Source of the DNA: Pseudomonadota bacterium
GTDB lineage: Bacteria > Pseudomonadota > Alphaproteobacteria > Rhodobacterales > Rhodobacteraceae
Direction of reading: 5' to 3'
Length of the DNA: 64,000 nucleotides
Assembly: GCA_039816785.1 (NCBI GenBank)
Contig: JBCBXB010000016.1
Span: 4,784-68,783 of the forward strand
The notes under the pieces are model-generated. The model did no database searches and was not told the DNA's origin. It worked only from the letters and a program-made list of their open reading frames with translations. A program made the translations under genes and the position numbers. Position 1 is the stretch's first letter, and the number at the start of each line of letters is the position of its first letter. Below, one piece after another: positions 35,122 through 44,659 of the stretch.

Positions 35122-36903
35122 ATGCGCTTTTGCCTGATTGTCGCTCTTACCCTGATCACCAGCGCAGCCCTTGCGCAGCAGACCGCCGACGCGGTCCAAC
35201 CCGAAGGCAGCACCGCCGGTGACGCCGTCGCTCTGTCCGACGCTGCCATTGCCGCACAGGCCGCCAAGGCTGCCGGGACGCCCGTTGCCGCAGAGACTTA
35301 TATGGTGGCGGCGGCCAACCCGCTGGCGGTACAAGCGGGCGTCGACGTGCTGGCCGAAGGTGGTACTGCCGCGGACGCCATGGTTGCCGTACAAGCCGTC
35401 CTCGGGCTGGTCGAGCCGCAATCGTCCGGGCTGGGCGGTGGCGCGTTCCTCGTCTGGTATGATGCCGCCTCGGGCGAGGTCGTCACGCTGGACGGTCGCG
35501 AAACCGCGCCCCTCGCCGCGACGCCACAGCTTTTTCAGGACGACGCTGGCGCGCCGCTGAAATTCTTTGATGCCGTTGTTGGCGGGCGGTCAGTGGGCAC
35601 GCCGGGCACGCCCGCGCTGCTTGAAGCGCTGCACACGCGATGGGGCAACCAGCCATGGGCCGGGCTGTTCGATGATGCGATTGATCTGGCGGACGGTGGT
35701 TTCGCGGTGTCGCCGCGTCTGGCCGGGCTGGTCACCCGCGATGCCGAACGGTTGTCGCGATTTGCGGACACCGCCGCGTATTTCCTGCCCGGAGGGACAC
35801 CCTTGCAGACCGGGGACACGCTGACCAACGCCGCCTATGCACAGACCTTGCGGGCGATAGCGGCCAGCGGGACAGACGCGTTCTACACCGGTCAGATCGC
35901 GGCGGACATCGTGGCGACCGTTCAGGGCGCAGAGGGAAATCCGGGCGTGTTGTCCGCGCTTGATCTGGCGGTCTATCAGGTCAAGGCGCGCGCGCCGGTC
36001 TGTGCCAGCTACCGTGCGCATGACATCTGCGGCATGGGTCCGCCTTCGTCTGGGGCGCTGACGGTCGGGCAAATCCTCGGGATGCTTGACAGCTATGACC
36101 TGGCCACGCTGGGTGCGGAGAACCCCGAAAGCTGGCGGCTGATCGGGGACGCATCGCGCCTCGCCTTTGCCGACCGTGGCCGGTACATGGCCGACAGTGA
36201 CTATGTGCCCATGCCCACCGAAGGGCTGGTCGATCCGGCCTATCTGGCCGAGCGTGCTGCGCTGCTGAGTGGCGACAGCGCCTTGGCCGAAGTTAGCCCC
36301 GGCGCGCCCGCGTTCGATCATGCGCTGCTGTGGGCGGATGACGAGAGCCTCGAGCTGCCGTCGACCTCGCATATCTCCATCGTCGACAGTTTCGGCAATG
36401 TGGCATCCATGACGACAACCATCGAAAACGGCTTTGGATCGCGGCTGATGACGAACGGGTTTCTGCTCAACAACGAGCTGACCGACTTCAGCTTTCGCAC
36501 GCATAGCGACGGCGTGCCCATCGCCAACGCGCTGGCGCCGGGCAAGCGGCCGCGCTCGTCCATGTCGCCCACGATCGTGCTCAAGGATGGCGTACCGGTG
36601 CTCGCCGTTGGCTCCCCGGGCGGCAGCCGGATCATCGGCTACACCGCCAAGACGATCATTGCCTGGCTCGATTGGGGGATGGATGTGCAGCAGGCCGTGG
36701 ACCTGCCGCATCTGGTCAACCGCTTCGGCACCTATGATCTGGAGGACGGCACCGCCGCGACAGCGCTTGCCCCGGCCCTCGAGGCCATGGGATACGAGGT
36801 GAACCTGCGGGATCTGACCTCGGGCCTGCATGTCATTGCCATTGGTGACGGGTTGCAGGGCGGGGCCGATGCGCGGCGCGAAGGGATTGCGTTGGGCGAC
36901 TGA
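35122..36903 (+). CDS. ggt: Gamma-glutamyltransferase
   Basis: ATG at 35122 with an AGGAGG ribosome-binding site. Signal peptide. The autoprocessing region TSHISIVD and the GGSRII motif are present. Confidence 0.9.
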   Translation: MRFCLIVALTLITSAALAQQTADAVQPEGSTAGDAVALSDAAIAAQAAKAAGTPVAAETYMVAAANPLAVQAGVDVLAEGGTAADAMVAVQAVLGLVEPQSSGLGGGAFLVWYDAASGEVVTLDGRETAPLAATPQLFQDDAGAPLKFFDAVVGGRSVGTPGTPALLEALHTRWGNQPWAGLFDDAIDLADGGFAVSPRLAGLVTRDAERLSRFADTAAYFLPGGTPLQTGDTLTNAAYAQTLRAIAASGTDAFYTGQIAADIVATVQGAEGNPGVLSALDLAVYQVKARAPVCASYRAHDICGMGPPSSGALTVGQILGMLDSYDLATLGAENPESWRLIGDASRLAFADRGRYMADSDYVPMPTEGLVDPAYLAERAALLSGDSALAEVSPGAPAFDHALLWADDESLELPSTSHISIVDSFGNVASMTTTIENGFGSRLMTNGFLLNNELTDFSFRTHSDGVPIANALAPGKRPRSSMSPTIVLKDGVPVLAVGSPGGSRIIGYTAKTIIAWLDWGMDVQQAVDLPHLVNRFGTYDLEDGTAATALAPALEAMGYEVNLRDLTSGLHVIAIGDGLQGGADARREGIALGD

Positions 36904-36927
36904 GCCTGCGCGACAGGGAGGACATAC

Positions 36928-38340
36928 ATGGCACAGGCCATTGATCTGCCACGCAACGAAGACGGGATCGCCACGGCGCTTGGCATTCTCAAGCAGCGGT
37001 TTGGCGACCGGTTCCAGACCGGGCAGGCGATCCGGGACCAGCATGCGCACACCACCACGTGGATCAGGGCGCAGGCCCCGGACGCGGTGGTCTTTCCGGC
37101 CTCGACACAGGAGGTGTCGGAGATCGTGAAGGTGTGCGCGACCCATGAGGTGCCGATCATCGCCTTTGGCACCGGCACCTCGCTGGAGGGGCATGTGAAT
37201 GCGCCCGCGGGCGGCATTTCGGTCGACATGAGCCGGATGGACAAGATCATTGCGGTGAATGCCGAGGATCTGGATTGCGTGGTCCAGCCCGGAGTGACGC
37301 GCGAGGACCTGAACACCTATCTGCGCGACCGGGGCCTGTTCTTTCCCATTGATCCGGGCGCCAATGCCTCCCTCGGGGGGATGACGGCGACGCGGGCCTC
37401 TGGGACCAACGCGGTGCGCTATGGCACGATGAAGGACAACGTGCTGAGCCTCGAGGCGGTGATGGCGGACGGGCGGGTGATCCGCACAGCGCAACGGGCC
37501 AAGAAGACCTCCGCCGGCTATGACATGACCCGACTGCTGGTCGGCTCCGAAGGGACGCTGGGGCTGATCACCGAGATCACGCTGAAACTGCAGGGTATTC
37601 CCGAGGCCATTTCGGCAGCGCGCATGTCCTTTCCATCGGTGGATGCGGCCTGTCAGGCGGTGATGACGACGATCCAGTACGGCATTCCCGTGGCGCGGAT
37701 CGAGCTGATGGATGCGCTGAACGTGCGAGCAGCCAACGCCTATGCCAAGCTGGACCTACCGGAGACGCCGCTCTTGCTGCTGGAATTCCACGGCTCTGAC
37801 CGGAGCGTGATCGAGCAGGCGGAGATGTTCGGCTCCATCGCCGAGGACGTGGGCGGGACGGATTTTGCCACCACGGCCACGGCGGAAGAGCGCAACAAGC
37901 TGTGGAAGGCGCGGCATGACCTTTATTGGGCGACGCTGCAGCTGCGGCCCGGCGCTCAGGGGATTTCGACGGATGTGTGCGTGCCGATTTCGCGATTGGC
38001 GGAGGCAGTCACAGGCGCGCAGGACAAGGCGGCGGAGCTGGGTCTGCTGGCCCCTATCGTGGGTCATGTGGGCGACGGGAATTTCCATTCGCTGGTGCTG
38101 ATCGACATGGAGGATGCGGGCGAGGTGGCGCGGGCCGAAGAGTTCACCGCATATCTCGCGGATGAGGCGATAAAGATGGATGGGACCTGCACCGGTGAAC
38201 ATGGGATCGGGCAGGGCAAGATGCCTTATCTGGTCAAGGAACTGGGCGCCACGACCGAGTTCATGGCCGCAATCAAGGGGGCGCTGGACCCGCAGGGTAT
38301 CCTGAACCCCGGCAAGATCTTTGGCCCGCAGCGGGGCTGA
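36928..38340 (+). CDS. FAD-linked oxidase (D-lactate dehydrogenase / GlcD-like)
   Basis: 470 aa with FAD-binding PCMH-type motifs (PIIAFGTGTSLEGH) and a C-terminal LDPQGILNPGK. Confidence 0.85.
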   Translation: MAQAIDLPRNEDGIATALGILKQRFGDRFQTGQAIRDQHAHTTTWIRAQAPDAVVFPASTQEVSEIVKVCATHEVPIIAFGTGTSLEGHVNAPAGGISVDMSRMDKIIAVNAEDLDCVVQPGVTREDLNTYLRDRGLFFPIDPGANASLGGMTATRASGTNAVRYGTMKDNVLSLEAVMADGRVIRTAQRAKKTSAGYDMTRLLVGSEGTLGLITEITLKLQGIPEAISAARMSFPSVDAACQAVMTTIQYGIPVARIELMDALNVRAANAYAKLDLPETPLLLLEFHGSDRSVIEQAEMFGSIAEDVGGTDFATTATAEERNKLWKARHDLYWATLQLRPGAQGISTDVCVPISRLAEAVTGAQDKAAELGLLAPIVGHVGDGNFHSLVLIDMEDAGEVARAEEFTAYLADEAIKMDGTCTGEHGIGQGKMPYLVKELGATTEFMAAIKGALDPQGILNPGKIFGPQRG

Positions 38341-38344
38341 GGCG

Positions 38345-38980
38345 ATGCTGCGCTGGCTGGTTGCGCTGTGCCTGACAGGCACCATGGCCACCGCTGAAGA
38401 CGCGGTGCGGTATCGGGTCGAGGTTGCCTTGACCTGGGATGGGACGGAGACCGACGGACATCCGGCGGACAAACACTGGTCACGGCTGATCGCATTTGCG
38501 CATTCGGCGCGGTTCGCTTTGTTCGACGACGGGGACACGGCGTCGAGCGGGTTGGCCTTGGTGGCGACAAACGGGCGGGTCAGCGTGTTGGAGGCGGAAC
38601 TGGCCGAAGGGCGGCGGCGGGGCCGGGTGGGCGCGCATGTGGTGCTGCCGGGGATCGATGCAGGCGTGGGCCGTTTTTCGTTTGAGATCGAGGCGACGGA
38701 AAGGCAGCGTTTCGTGTCATTTGCCACGATGCTGGCCCCGAGCCCGGATTGGTTTGCGGGTGTCAGGGCTGTGGCGTTGCAGGACGAGGCCGGCTGGCGG
38801 GACAGCGTGACGCGGCCCCTGTGGGTCTGGGATGCGGGCGCGGATTCCGGGCCGGACTTTCAGGGCCCGAACATCGACACCCAGCCGCGTCAGTCGGTGC
38901 GCCTGCTGACACACCCGGCATTTCTGACACCGACCGGTCTCGCCCCCATCGGCACGGTCACCTTTATCCGCCTGCCGTGA
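38345..38980 (+). CDS. Secreted spondin_N-domain protein
   Basis: ATG at 38345. Signal peptide MLRWLVALCLTG. The APSPDWF motif is typical of the spondin N domain. Confidence 0.7.
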   Translation: MLRWLVALCLTGTMATAEDAVRYRVEVALTWDGTETDGHPADKHWSRLIAFAHSARFALFDDGDTASSGLALVATNGRVSVLEAELAEGRRRGRVGAHVVLPGIDAGVGRFSFEIEATERQRFVSFATMLAPSPDWFAGVRAVALQDEAGWRDSVTRPLWVWDAGADSGPDFQGPNIDTQPRQSVRLLTHPAFLTPTGLAPIGTVTFIRLP

Positions 38981-39033
38981 TCCAACGGACGCGCTGACGC
39001 GCGACACGATGTTTTTGCGCTGCCCGCGCGGGG

Positions 39034-39092
39034 CCAAAGGGGGCGCCGCCCCCTTTGGAAACCCCTGTGGTATTTTTGGTCAGAAGAAGCGG
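39034..39092 (+). repeat. Repeat T2, copy 2 (CCAAAGGGGGCG-C-CGCCCCCTTTGG hairpin plus CCCCTGTGGTATTTTTGGTCAGAAGAAGCGG), intergenic
   Basis: Read directly. A partial second core (GTTTTTTCGGTCTGAGCGG) follows at about 39107-39131. Confidence 0.7.
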
Positions 39093-39198
39093 CAAAGGGG
39101 TTGTGCGTCGTTTTTTCGGTCTGAGCGGTCGGCTTGCTGGCGCGGGACGGGCGGGTTTTTCATAGAACGCTCGTCAGGTCTTGCGAGGGAGTCGGAGC

Positions 39199-41700
39199 AT
39201 GAAAACCCAAGTCAAAGCGCTGGTTGTGGGCGGCGGGGCCGTGGGCACGTCGATTGCGTATCATCTGGCGCGGGCCGGCTGGGATGACGTGATGCTGCTG
39301 GAGCGGGATGAGCTGACCTCAGGGTCCACCTGGCATGCGGCGGGATTGTTGCCGTATTTCAACATGTCCTTTGCGACAACACATATCCACGACTACTCGA
39401 TCAGGTTCTACAAGACGCTGGAAGAAGAGACCGGGCTGAATGCCGGCTTTGCCGTTGTGGGCAATCTGCGCATGGCGCAGACGCAGGAGCGGATGGACGA
39501 GTATATGCTCTATGCCTCGACCGCGGAAACCTGCGGGGTGCCTTATGAGTTCATGACACCGGAAGAGATCAAGGCGAAGTGGCCGCTGATCCGGACGGAG
39601 GATCTGAAAGGAGCGCTGTACCACCAGACCGACGGCTACATTAACCCGGCGGATGTGACCATGGCGATGGCCAAGGGTGCGCGCCAGCGCGGGGTTGTGA
39701 TCGAGCGCAAGTGGCAGGCGGATGCGTTTCACTGGAACGGTGAAGCGTGGGAGGTCACGGCCACCAGGATGGTGGAGAAGGGCGGCAATCTGGTGCCCTC
39801 GGACGAGCAAGCAGTCATCGTGGCCGAGCATGTGGTGACAGCCTCAGGCAACCATGCGCAGCGCACCGCGCAGATGCTGGGTATCAAGATGCCCGCCATC
39901 CCGGTCGAGCATCAGTTCATCGTGATGGAGCAGGACCCGGAGCTGGTCAAGTTCCGCGCCGCAGGCAACGCCGAGCATCCGGTGATCCGCGATGCGGATG
40001 CGCAATCCTACGTGCGGGAGGAACGCGGTGGTTGGATCCTGGGCGTCTACGAGCACGGTGCGCCGGCGCGGTTCGAATACGGGGTGCCGGACAGTTTCCG
40101 TGCGGACCTGTTCCAGCTGGACCTGGAGCGGATCGAAGAGCAGTACATGGCGATGATCCACCGGGTACCATCCTGCGAGACCTCCGGACTCAAGGACGAC
40201 TTCAACGGGCCGATCTGCTATACGCCCGACGGCAACCCGCTGGTGGGGCCCGCGCCGGGCCTCGACAACATGTGGCTGGCCGAAGGGTTCTCGTTCGGGA
40301 TCACGGCGGCGGGGGGCACGGGCTATTACCTCGCGCAGATGATGGTCGAGGGCGAAGCGGAGATCGACATGGCCTCGCTCGACCCCAAGCGTTACGGCGA
40401 CTGGATGACGACCGAATATGCCGCGCGCAAGAACGAGGAATGCTATTCCCACGTCTACATCTTGCACCACCCTGACGAAGAGCGCGAGGCGTGTCGCCCG
40501 CTGCGCACCGGCCCGGCCTATGACCGGCAAAAGGCGGCGGGCGCGCAGTTTGGCTGCATCAACGGGTTCGAGCGGCCGAATTACTACGGGCCTCTGGATG
40601 CGCCGGACAGCTTTGACCGCGATGCGCGGTCCTTCCGCCGGGGCGACTGGTGGCAATATGCGGTCGAGGAGGCAAAGGCGATCCGCGAGGGCGTCGGGCT
40701 GATCGATGCGAGTGCCTTTACCAAGCACCGGATCAGTGGGCCGGGCGCGACCGCGTTCCTCGACTGGTTCACCACCAACAAGCTGCCGAAGGTGGGGCGC
40801 ATCAACCTGACCTACGCGCTGACTGCGGCGGGCACGACGCGGACCGAATACACCATCGTGCGGCTGGCCGAAGATGACTATTACCTCGTGTCGGCGGGGG
40901 CATGGCACGCCTATGACCAAGATTACCTCTACAAGGCGATCATGGAAAAGGAGGCGGAGTTCGGCCGCATCAACGAGGCGGACGTGACCACGCGCTGGGG
41001 CACCTTTGCCATTGCCGGGCCCAAGTCCCGCGATGTGCTGAACGCGCTGGTCAAGGACGCCGACCCGGAGACCGTCCTGTCCAACAAATGCTTTCCCTGG
41101 CTGAGCATGCGCAACATCGAACTGGGCATGTGCCCGGTGCGGGCGATCCGCGTGGCCTATACCGGTGAGCTGGGCTGGGAACTGCACCACCCGATCGAGA
41201 TGCAGAACTACCTGTGGGATCAACTGGTGACCGCGGGCGCGCCGCATGGCATGAAGCTGGTGGGCGCGCGGGCGCAGAACTGGCTGCGGCAAGAGAAATC
41301 CTACCGCGCGTTCGGCACCGAACTGGGCCGCGATGCGACACCGCTGGAGGCGGACCTGCCGCGCTTTGTCGATCTGTCCAAGGATTTCCACGGCAAGGCG
41401 GCGATGGAGGCCAAGGGCGTCCGGTCGAAATGCGTGACGCTGCTGATCGACGGGCCGGATGACGCGGACCCGTGGGGGCGCGAGGCGCTGTATCATGGCG
41501 ACACGCGTGTCGGGCGGCTGACATCGGGGGGCTATTCCGTGGCGTTCGGCAAGTCCATCGGCATGGGGTATGTCACGCCTGATCTGGCGACACCCGGCAT
41601 ACGGCTGAAGGTCAAGATGTTCGATCAGCTGTGGGACGCCGAGATCGTCGAGGACAGCCCCTATGACCCGGCCAACACGGTGATCCGGCAAGACGGCTGA
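39199..41700 (+). CDS. FAD-dependent oxidoreductase fused to a GcvT (aminomethyltransferase) domain; dimethylglycine/sarcosine dehydrogenase-like
   Basis: ATG at 39199. 833 aa. N-terminal VVGGGAVGTSIAYHLA, with a C-terminal folate-binding GcvT-type domain. Confidence 0.85.
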   Translation: MKTQVKALVVGGGAVGTSIAYHLARAGWDDVMLLERDELTSGSTWHAAGLLPYFNMSFATTHIHDYSIRFYKTLEEETGLNAGFAVVGNLRMAQTQERMDEYMLYASTAETCGVPYEFMTPEEIKAKWPLIRTEDLKGALYHQTDGYINPADVTMAMAKGARQRGVVIERKWQADAFHWNGEAWEVTATRMVEKGGNLVPSDEQAVIVAEHVVTASGNHAQRTAQMLGIKMPAIPVEHQFIVMEQDPELVKFRAAGNAEHPVIRDADAQSYVREERGGWILGVYEHGAPARFEYGVPDSFRADLFQLDLERIEEQYMAMIHRVPSCETSGLKDDFNGPICYTPDGNPLVGPAPGLDNMWLAEGFSFGITAAGGTGYYLAQMMVEGEAEIDMASLDPKRYGDWMTTEYAARKNEECYSHVYILHHPDEEREACRPLRTGPAYDRQKAAGAQFGCINGFERPNYYGPLDAPDSFDRDARSFRRGDWWQYAVEEAKAIREGVGLIDASAFTKHRISGPGATAFLDWFTTNKLPKVGRINLTYALTAAGTTRTEYTIVRLAEDDYYLVSAGAWHAYDQDYLYKAIMEKEAEFGRINEADVTTRWGTFAIAGPKSRDVLNALVKDADPETVLSNKCFPWLSMRNIELGMCPVRAIRVAYTGELGWELHHPIEMQNYLWDQLVTAGAPHGMKLVGARAQNWLRQEKSYRAFGTELGRDATPLEADLPRFVDLSKDFHGKAAMEAKGVRSKCVTLLIDGPDDADPWGREALYHGDTRVGRLTSGGYSVAFGKSIGMGYVTPDLATPGIRLKVKMFDQLWDAEIVEDSPYDPANTVIRQDG

Positions 41701-41775
41701 GCCTTGATGCACGTCAAAGACAAACGGCGCTGAACAGCGTCTCATGGGGCATTCCAATTGTTCTGGAGGTGCCCT

Positions 41776-42663
41776 GTGGCCAAAGCCGACATTCCGCTCA
41801 AACCCGCGCCCGTCGCTGACGTGACGGCGTCGCAGGCGTTTGACCTGACCGAATACCCCTATGCCGACCGGATGACGCGGGCCGAATACGAGGCGGAGAA
41901 GGCCGCACTTCAGGTCGAATTGCTCAAGGTGCAGCTGTGGGTGCAGGACACCGGCCAAAAGATGGTGCTGCTGTTCGAAGGCCGCGATGCCGCCGGTAAG
42001 GGCGGCACGATCAAGCGGTTCATGGAGCATTTGAACCCTCGCGCGGCCCGGGTCGTGGCCCTGAACAAACCCACGGACGGTGAGCGGGGGCAGTGGTTTT
42101 TTCAACGCTACGTCAAGCATTTGCCGACCGCGGGTGAGATCGTCCTGTATGACCGGTCGTGGTACAATCGCGCGGGCGTTGAGCGGGTGATGGATTTCTG
42201 CGCGCCCGCCGAATACCTCGAATTCATGCGCCAGACGCCGGAGTTCGAGCGGATGCTGACGCGCTCGGGGATCAAGCTCTTCAAGTACTGGTTTTCGGTC
42301 ACGCAGGGCGAGCAGCGCCGCCGGTTCGAGGCGCGCAAGACCGACCCGCTCAAACAGTGGAAACTGTCGCCGATCGATCGGGCCAGCCTCGACAAATGGG
42401 ACAGCTACACCGAGGCCAAGGAGGCCATGTTTTTCTACACGGACACGGCGGATGCGCCCTGGACGGTGATCAAGTCCAACGACAAGAAACGCGCACGCAT
42501 CAACTGCATGAAGCATTTTCTGGCCAGCCTCGATTATCCGGACAAGGACCCGAGCGTGGCAACGCCGCCTGATGCCAACATCGTGCATCACGCCGACACG
42601 GTTGTGCATGACGCCGATCACATCCTTGCCGCGTCGCTGCACCCGAAATCCCGCAAGAGCTGA
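41776..42663 (+). CDS. ppk2: Polyphosphate kinase 2
   Basis: GTG at 41776 lies 6 nt after a GGAGG. Contains FEGRDAAGKGG Walker A and YDRSWYNR lid motifs. Confidence 0.85.
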   Translation: MAKADIPLKPAPVADVTASQAFDLTEYPYADRMTRAEYEAEKAALQVELLKVQLWVQDTGQKMVLLFEGRDAAGKGGTIKRFMEHLNPRAARVVALNKPTDGERGQWFFQRYVKHLPTAGEIVLYDRSWYNRAGVERVMDFCAPAEYLEFMRQTPEFERMLTRSGIKLFKYWFSVTQGEQRRRFEARKTDPLKQWKLSPIDRASLDKWDSYTEAKEAMFFYTDTADAPWTVIKSNDKKRARINCMKHFLASLDYPDKDPSVATPPDANIVHHADTVVHDADHILAASLHPKSRKS

Positions 42664-42680
42664 GCAAAGAAAGGCCCCAG

Positions 42681-42917
42681 ATGTCCCATACCCCCCATGA
42701 ACTGGCTGCTGATTTTCCCGAACATGCCGACCGGATTTCGGCGCTGCGCCAGACGGATGCCCATTTTGCCCGACTGGTGGAAGAGTATCACGACGTGAAC
42801 CGCAATGTGCACCGCGCCGAAACGGATGTGGAGCCTGTGAGCGATGCCCATATGGCTAACCTGCGCAAGACGCGCATGGCCCTGAAGGACGAGATTTACG
42901 GCATCCTGTCGCGATAG
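42681..42917 (+). CDS. DUF465 (YdcH-like) small protein
   Basis: 78 aa with a typical HFARLVEEYHDVNRNVHR segment. Confidence 0.75.
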   Translation: MSHTPHELAADFPEHADRISALRQTDAHFARLVEEYHDVNRNVHRAETDVEPVSDAHMANLRKTRMALKDEIYGILSR

Positions 42918-43035
42918 CCGGCCAAGTACCGCGCATTTGAGACAAAGCGGTCGCAGATCGCCGCGCCGGAGCAAGGTTCTATCAATCGTGAGTGGCCCAT
43001 ATGGGCGTAAGCGATGATTTCAGAACGGAGTTGCG

Positions 43036-43755
43036 ATGCGTCGGTCCTTTTGTGCCCTGCTGTGTTGTGCGGTGACGGTGACGGCTGTGCCCTCATGGGC
43101 CGATATCGTGCCGATGATGCGGCGGGCGAGCCTGTTGACGCAGGCCGCGCCGCTCTTTGAGCGGGATGCAGGCGGCGCGCAGGGCGGTGCCAGCCTGTTT
43201 GTCGGGTCCGGGGCCACCAGCCTGTTTGCCCGACAGCGCGGCGGGCCGCCACCGCGCGTGTTGGGTGGTCTGAACACCCGGGCGCTGGCGGACCTGCGCA
43301 ACCTGATCGCCAAGGCCGAGGCGGGCGCCAAAGGGTACGATGCGGTGCAATATGGCGCGTGGATCAAACCGGGCGCGCCGCCCACGCAGATGACGCTGAG
43401 CGACATCTACGCCTGGATCGACGCGACACCTGGCATGCCGCACGCCATCGGGCGCTATCAATTCATCCCGCCAACGCTCCGGCGGCTGGTCGATACGCTG
43501 GGACTGCCGGACACCACGGTGTTCAGCCCGCAGGTGCAGGACGCACTGGCCGATGTGCTGCTGAAGGAGGCGGGGATCACCCGTTTTGTCGCCGGTGAGC
43601 TGCCGCGCCACGGCTTCATGAACAATCTGGCAAAGATCTGGGCGGGCCTGCCCAACGACAGCGGCAAGTCGCATTATCACGGCTATGCCGGAAACAAGGC
43701 CACGATGACTTGGGCCACGTTCGACGCGCAGATGGGGCGGATTTTTCCGGGCTAG
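43036..43755 (+). CDS. Secreted lysozyme-like protein, phage-lambda-R / GH104 lytic-transglycosylase-like
   Basis: Signal peptide. From memory, IGRYQFIPPTLRRLVDTLGL...SPQVQDALADVLL...IWAGLP is collinear with lambda R (GRYQLL...SPKSQDAVALQQI...IWASLP). Confidence 0.6.
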   Translation: MRRSFCALLCCAVTVTAVPSWADIVPMMRRASLLTQAAPLFERDAGGAQGGASLFVGSGATSLFARQRGGPPPRVLGGLNTRALADLRNLIAKAEAGAKGYDAVQYGAWIKPGAPPTQMTLSDIYAWIDATPGMPHAIGRYQFIPPTLRRLVDTLGLPDTTVFSPQVQDALADVLLKEAGITRFVAGELPRHGFMNNLAKIWAGLPNDSGKSHYHGYAGNKATMTWATFDAQMGRIFPG

Positions 43756-43774
43756 CCTGCTCCGGCGCGTGTCG

Positions 43775-44500
43775 TCAGTTCGCGCCGTAGCGTTCCAGAA
43801 TCTCCGACAGCGTGCCGTCCTCCTGCATCGATCGTACCGCCTCGCGATAGGCTGCCGCCACATCGTCCGGCAAGGTCGGGCTGGCCACCAGCGCGATGGG
43901 CACTGAATGCACCACATTGCCAAAGACCAGCGGCGGGCTGGCGTCCAGCGCGCTCCACACCCGTTGCATGTTGCGTTCTGTCAGGAACCAGGCGTCAACC
44001 CTGCGCGCCTCGAGCATGCGCGCGCTGGCGGTCGGGTCGTGCAGGCGCGTGACGTTGTCGAACCCGAACTGGGTCAGCAGCGCCTCGCCCGTGGTGCCGG
44101 TTTCGACCACGATGGAACCCAATGCGCGGGCGCTGTCGAGGTCATCGACCGGCGCACCCAGCGAGGCAAAGCGGAGTTCGGCCACGTTGATGTCGATCAC
44201 CCAGAGGAACAGGTCGTCCCGCTTCTTGCCCTTGAACAGCGACGGCATCAGCGTCGCGGCACCGTTCTGCACCTCGAAAATCGCCCGCTCGAACGGCAGA
44301 AAGGTGATGTCCACCTGCCGTCCCGCCCGCTCCGCCGCCTCACGCAAAATCTCCACGGCGTAACCAGGCCGCTCTGCGTTGTCGGCGACCATCAGCGGCG
44401 GGTAGTGCGCCGCGACAACCCGATCCGCAGGCTGCGCCAGCGCCGCGCTCCATGGCAGGCAAACCACAGCGGCAAGCGCAATCAGAAACCGGTAAAACAT
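43775..44500 (-). CDS. Periplasmic solute-binding protein (family 3, amino-acid type)
   Basis: ATG at 44500. 241 aa with signal peptide MFYRFLIALAAVVCLPWSAALA. Confidence 0.7.
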   Translation of the reverse strand: MFYRFLIALAAVVCLPWSAALAQPADRVVAAHYPPLMVADNAERPGYAVEILREAAERAGRQVDITFLPFERAIFEVQNGAATLMPSLFKGKKRDDLFLWVIDINVAELRFASLGAPVDDLDSARALGSIVVETGTTGEALLTQFGFDNVTRLHDPTASARMLEARRVDAWFLTERNMQRVWSALDASPPLVFGNVVHSVPIALVASPTLPDDVAAAYREAVRSMQEDGTLSEILERYGAN

Positions 44501-44607
44501 CTGCGCCTCGCCCTTGTGTTTGCCACTCTCGCGTTTCGGTATAGCGCCAATCGTCGACAAAAACCTCAACCATCTCGCTAAAGTTGAAGCTATTCACCGA
44601 GCCCAAC

Positions 44608-44640
44608 AAAAAAAAGGCCCCGCACCGGCGGGGCTTTTCC
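44608..44640 (-). terminator. Rho-independent terminator of the xdh-ABC operon (potentially bidirectional)
   Basis: AAAAAAAA-GGCCCCGC-ACCG-GCGGGGC-TTTTCC. In minus sense there is a perfect 7-bp GC stem followed by T8. Confidence 0.75.
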
Positions 44641-44659
44641 TGTGCAAAGTAGCTCCGCT

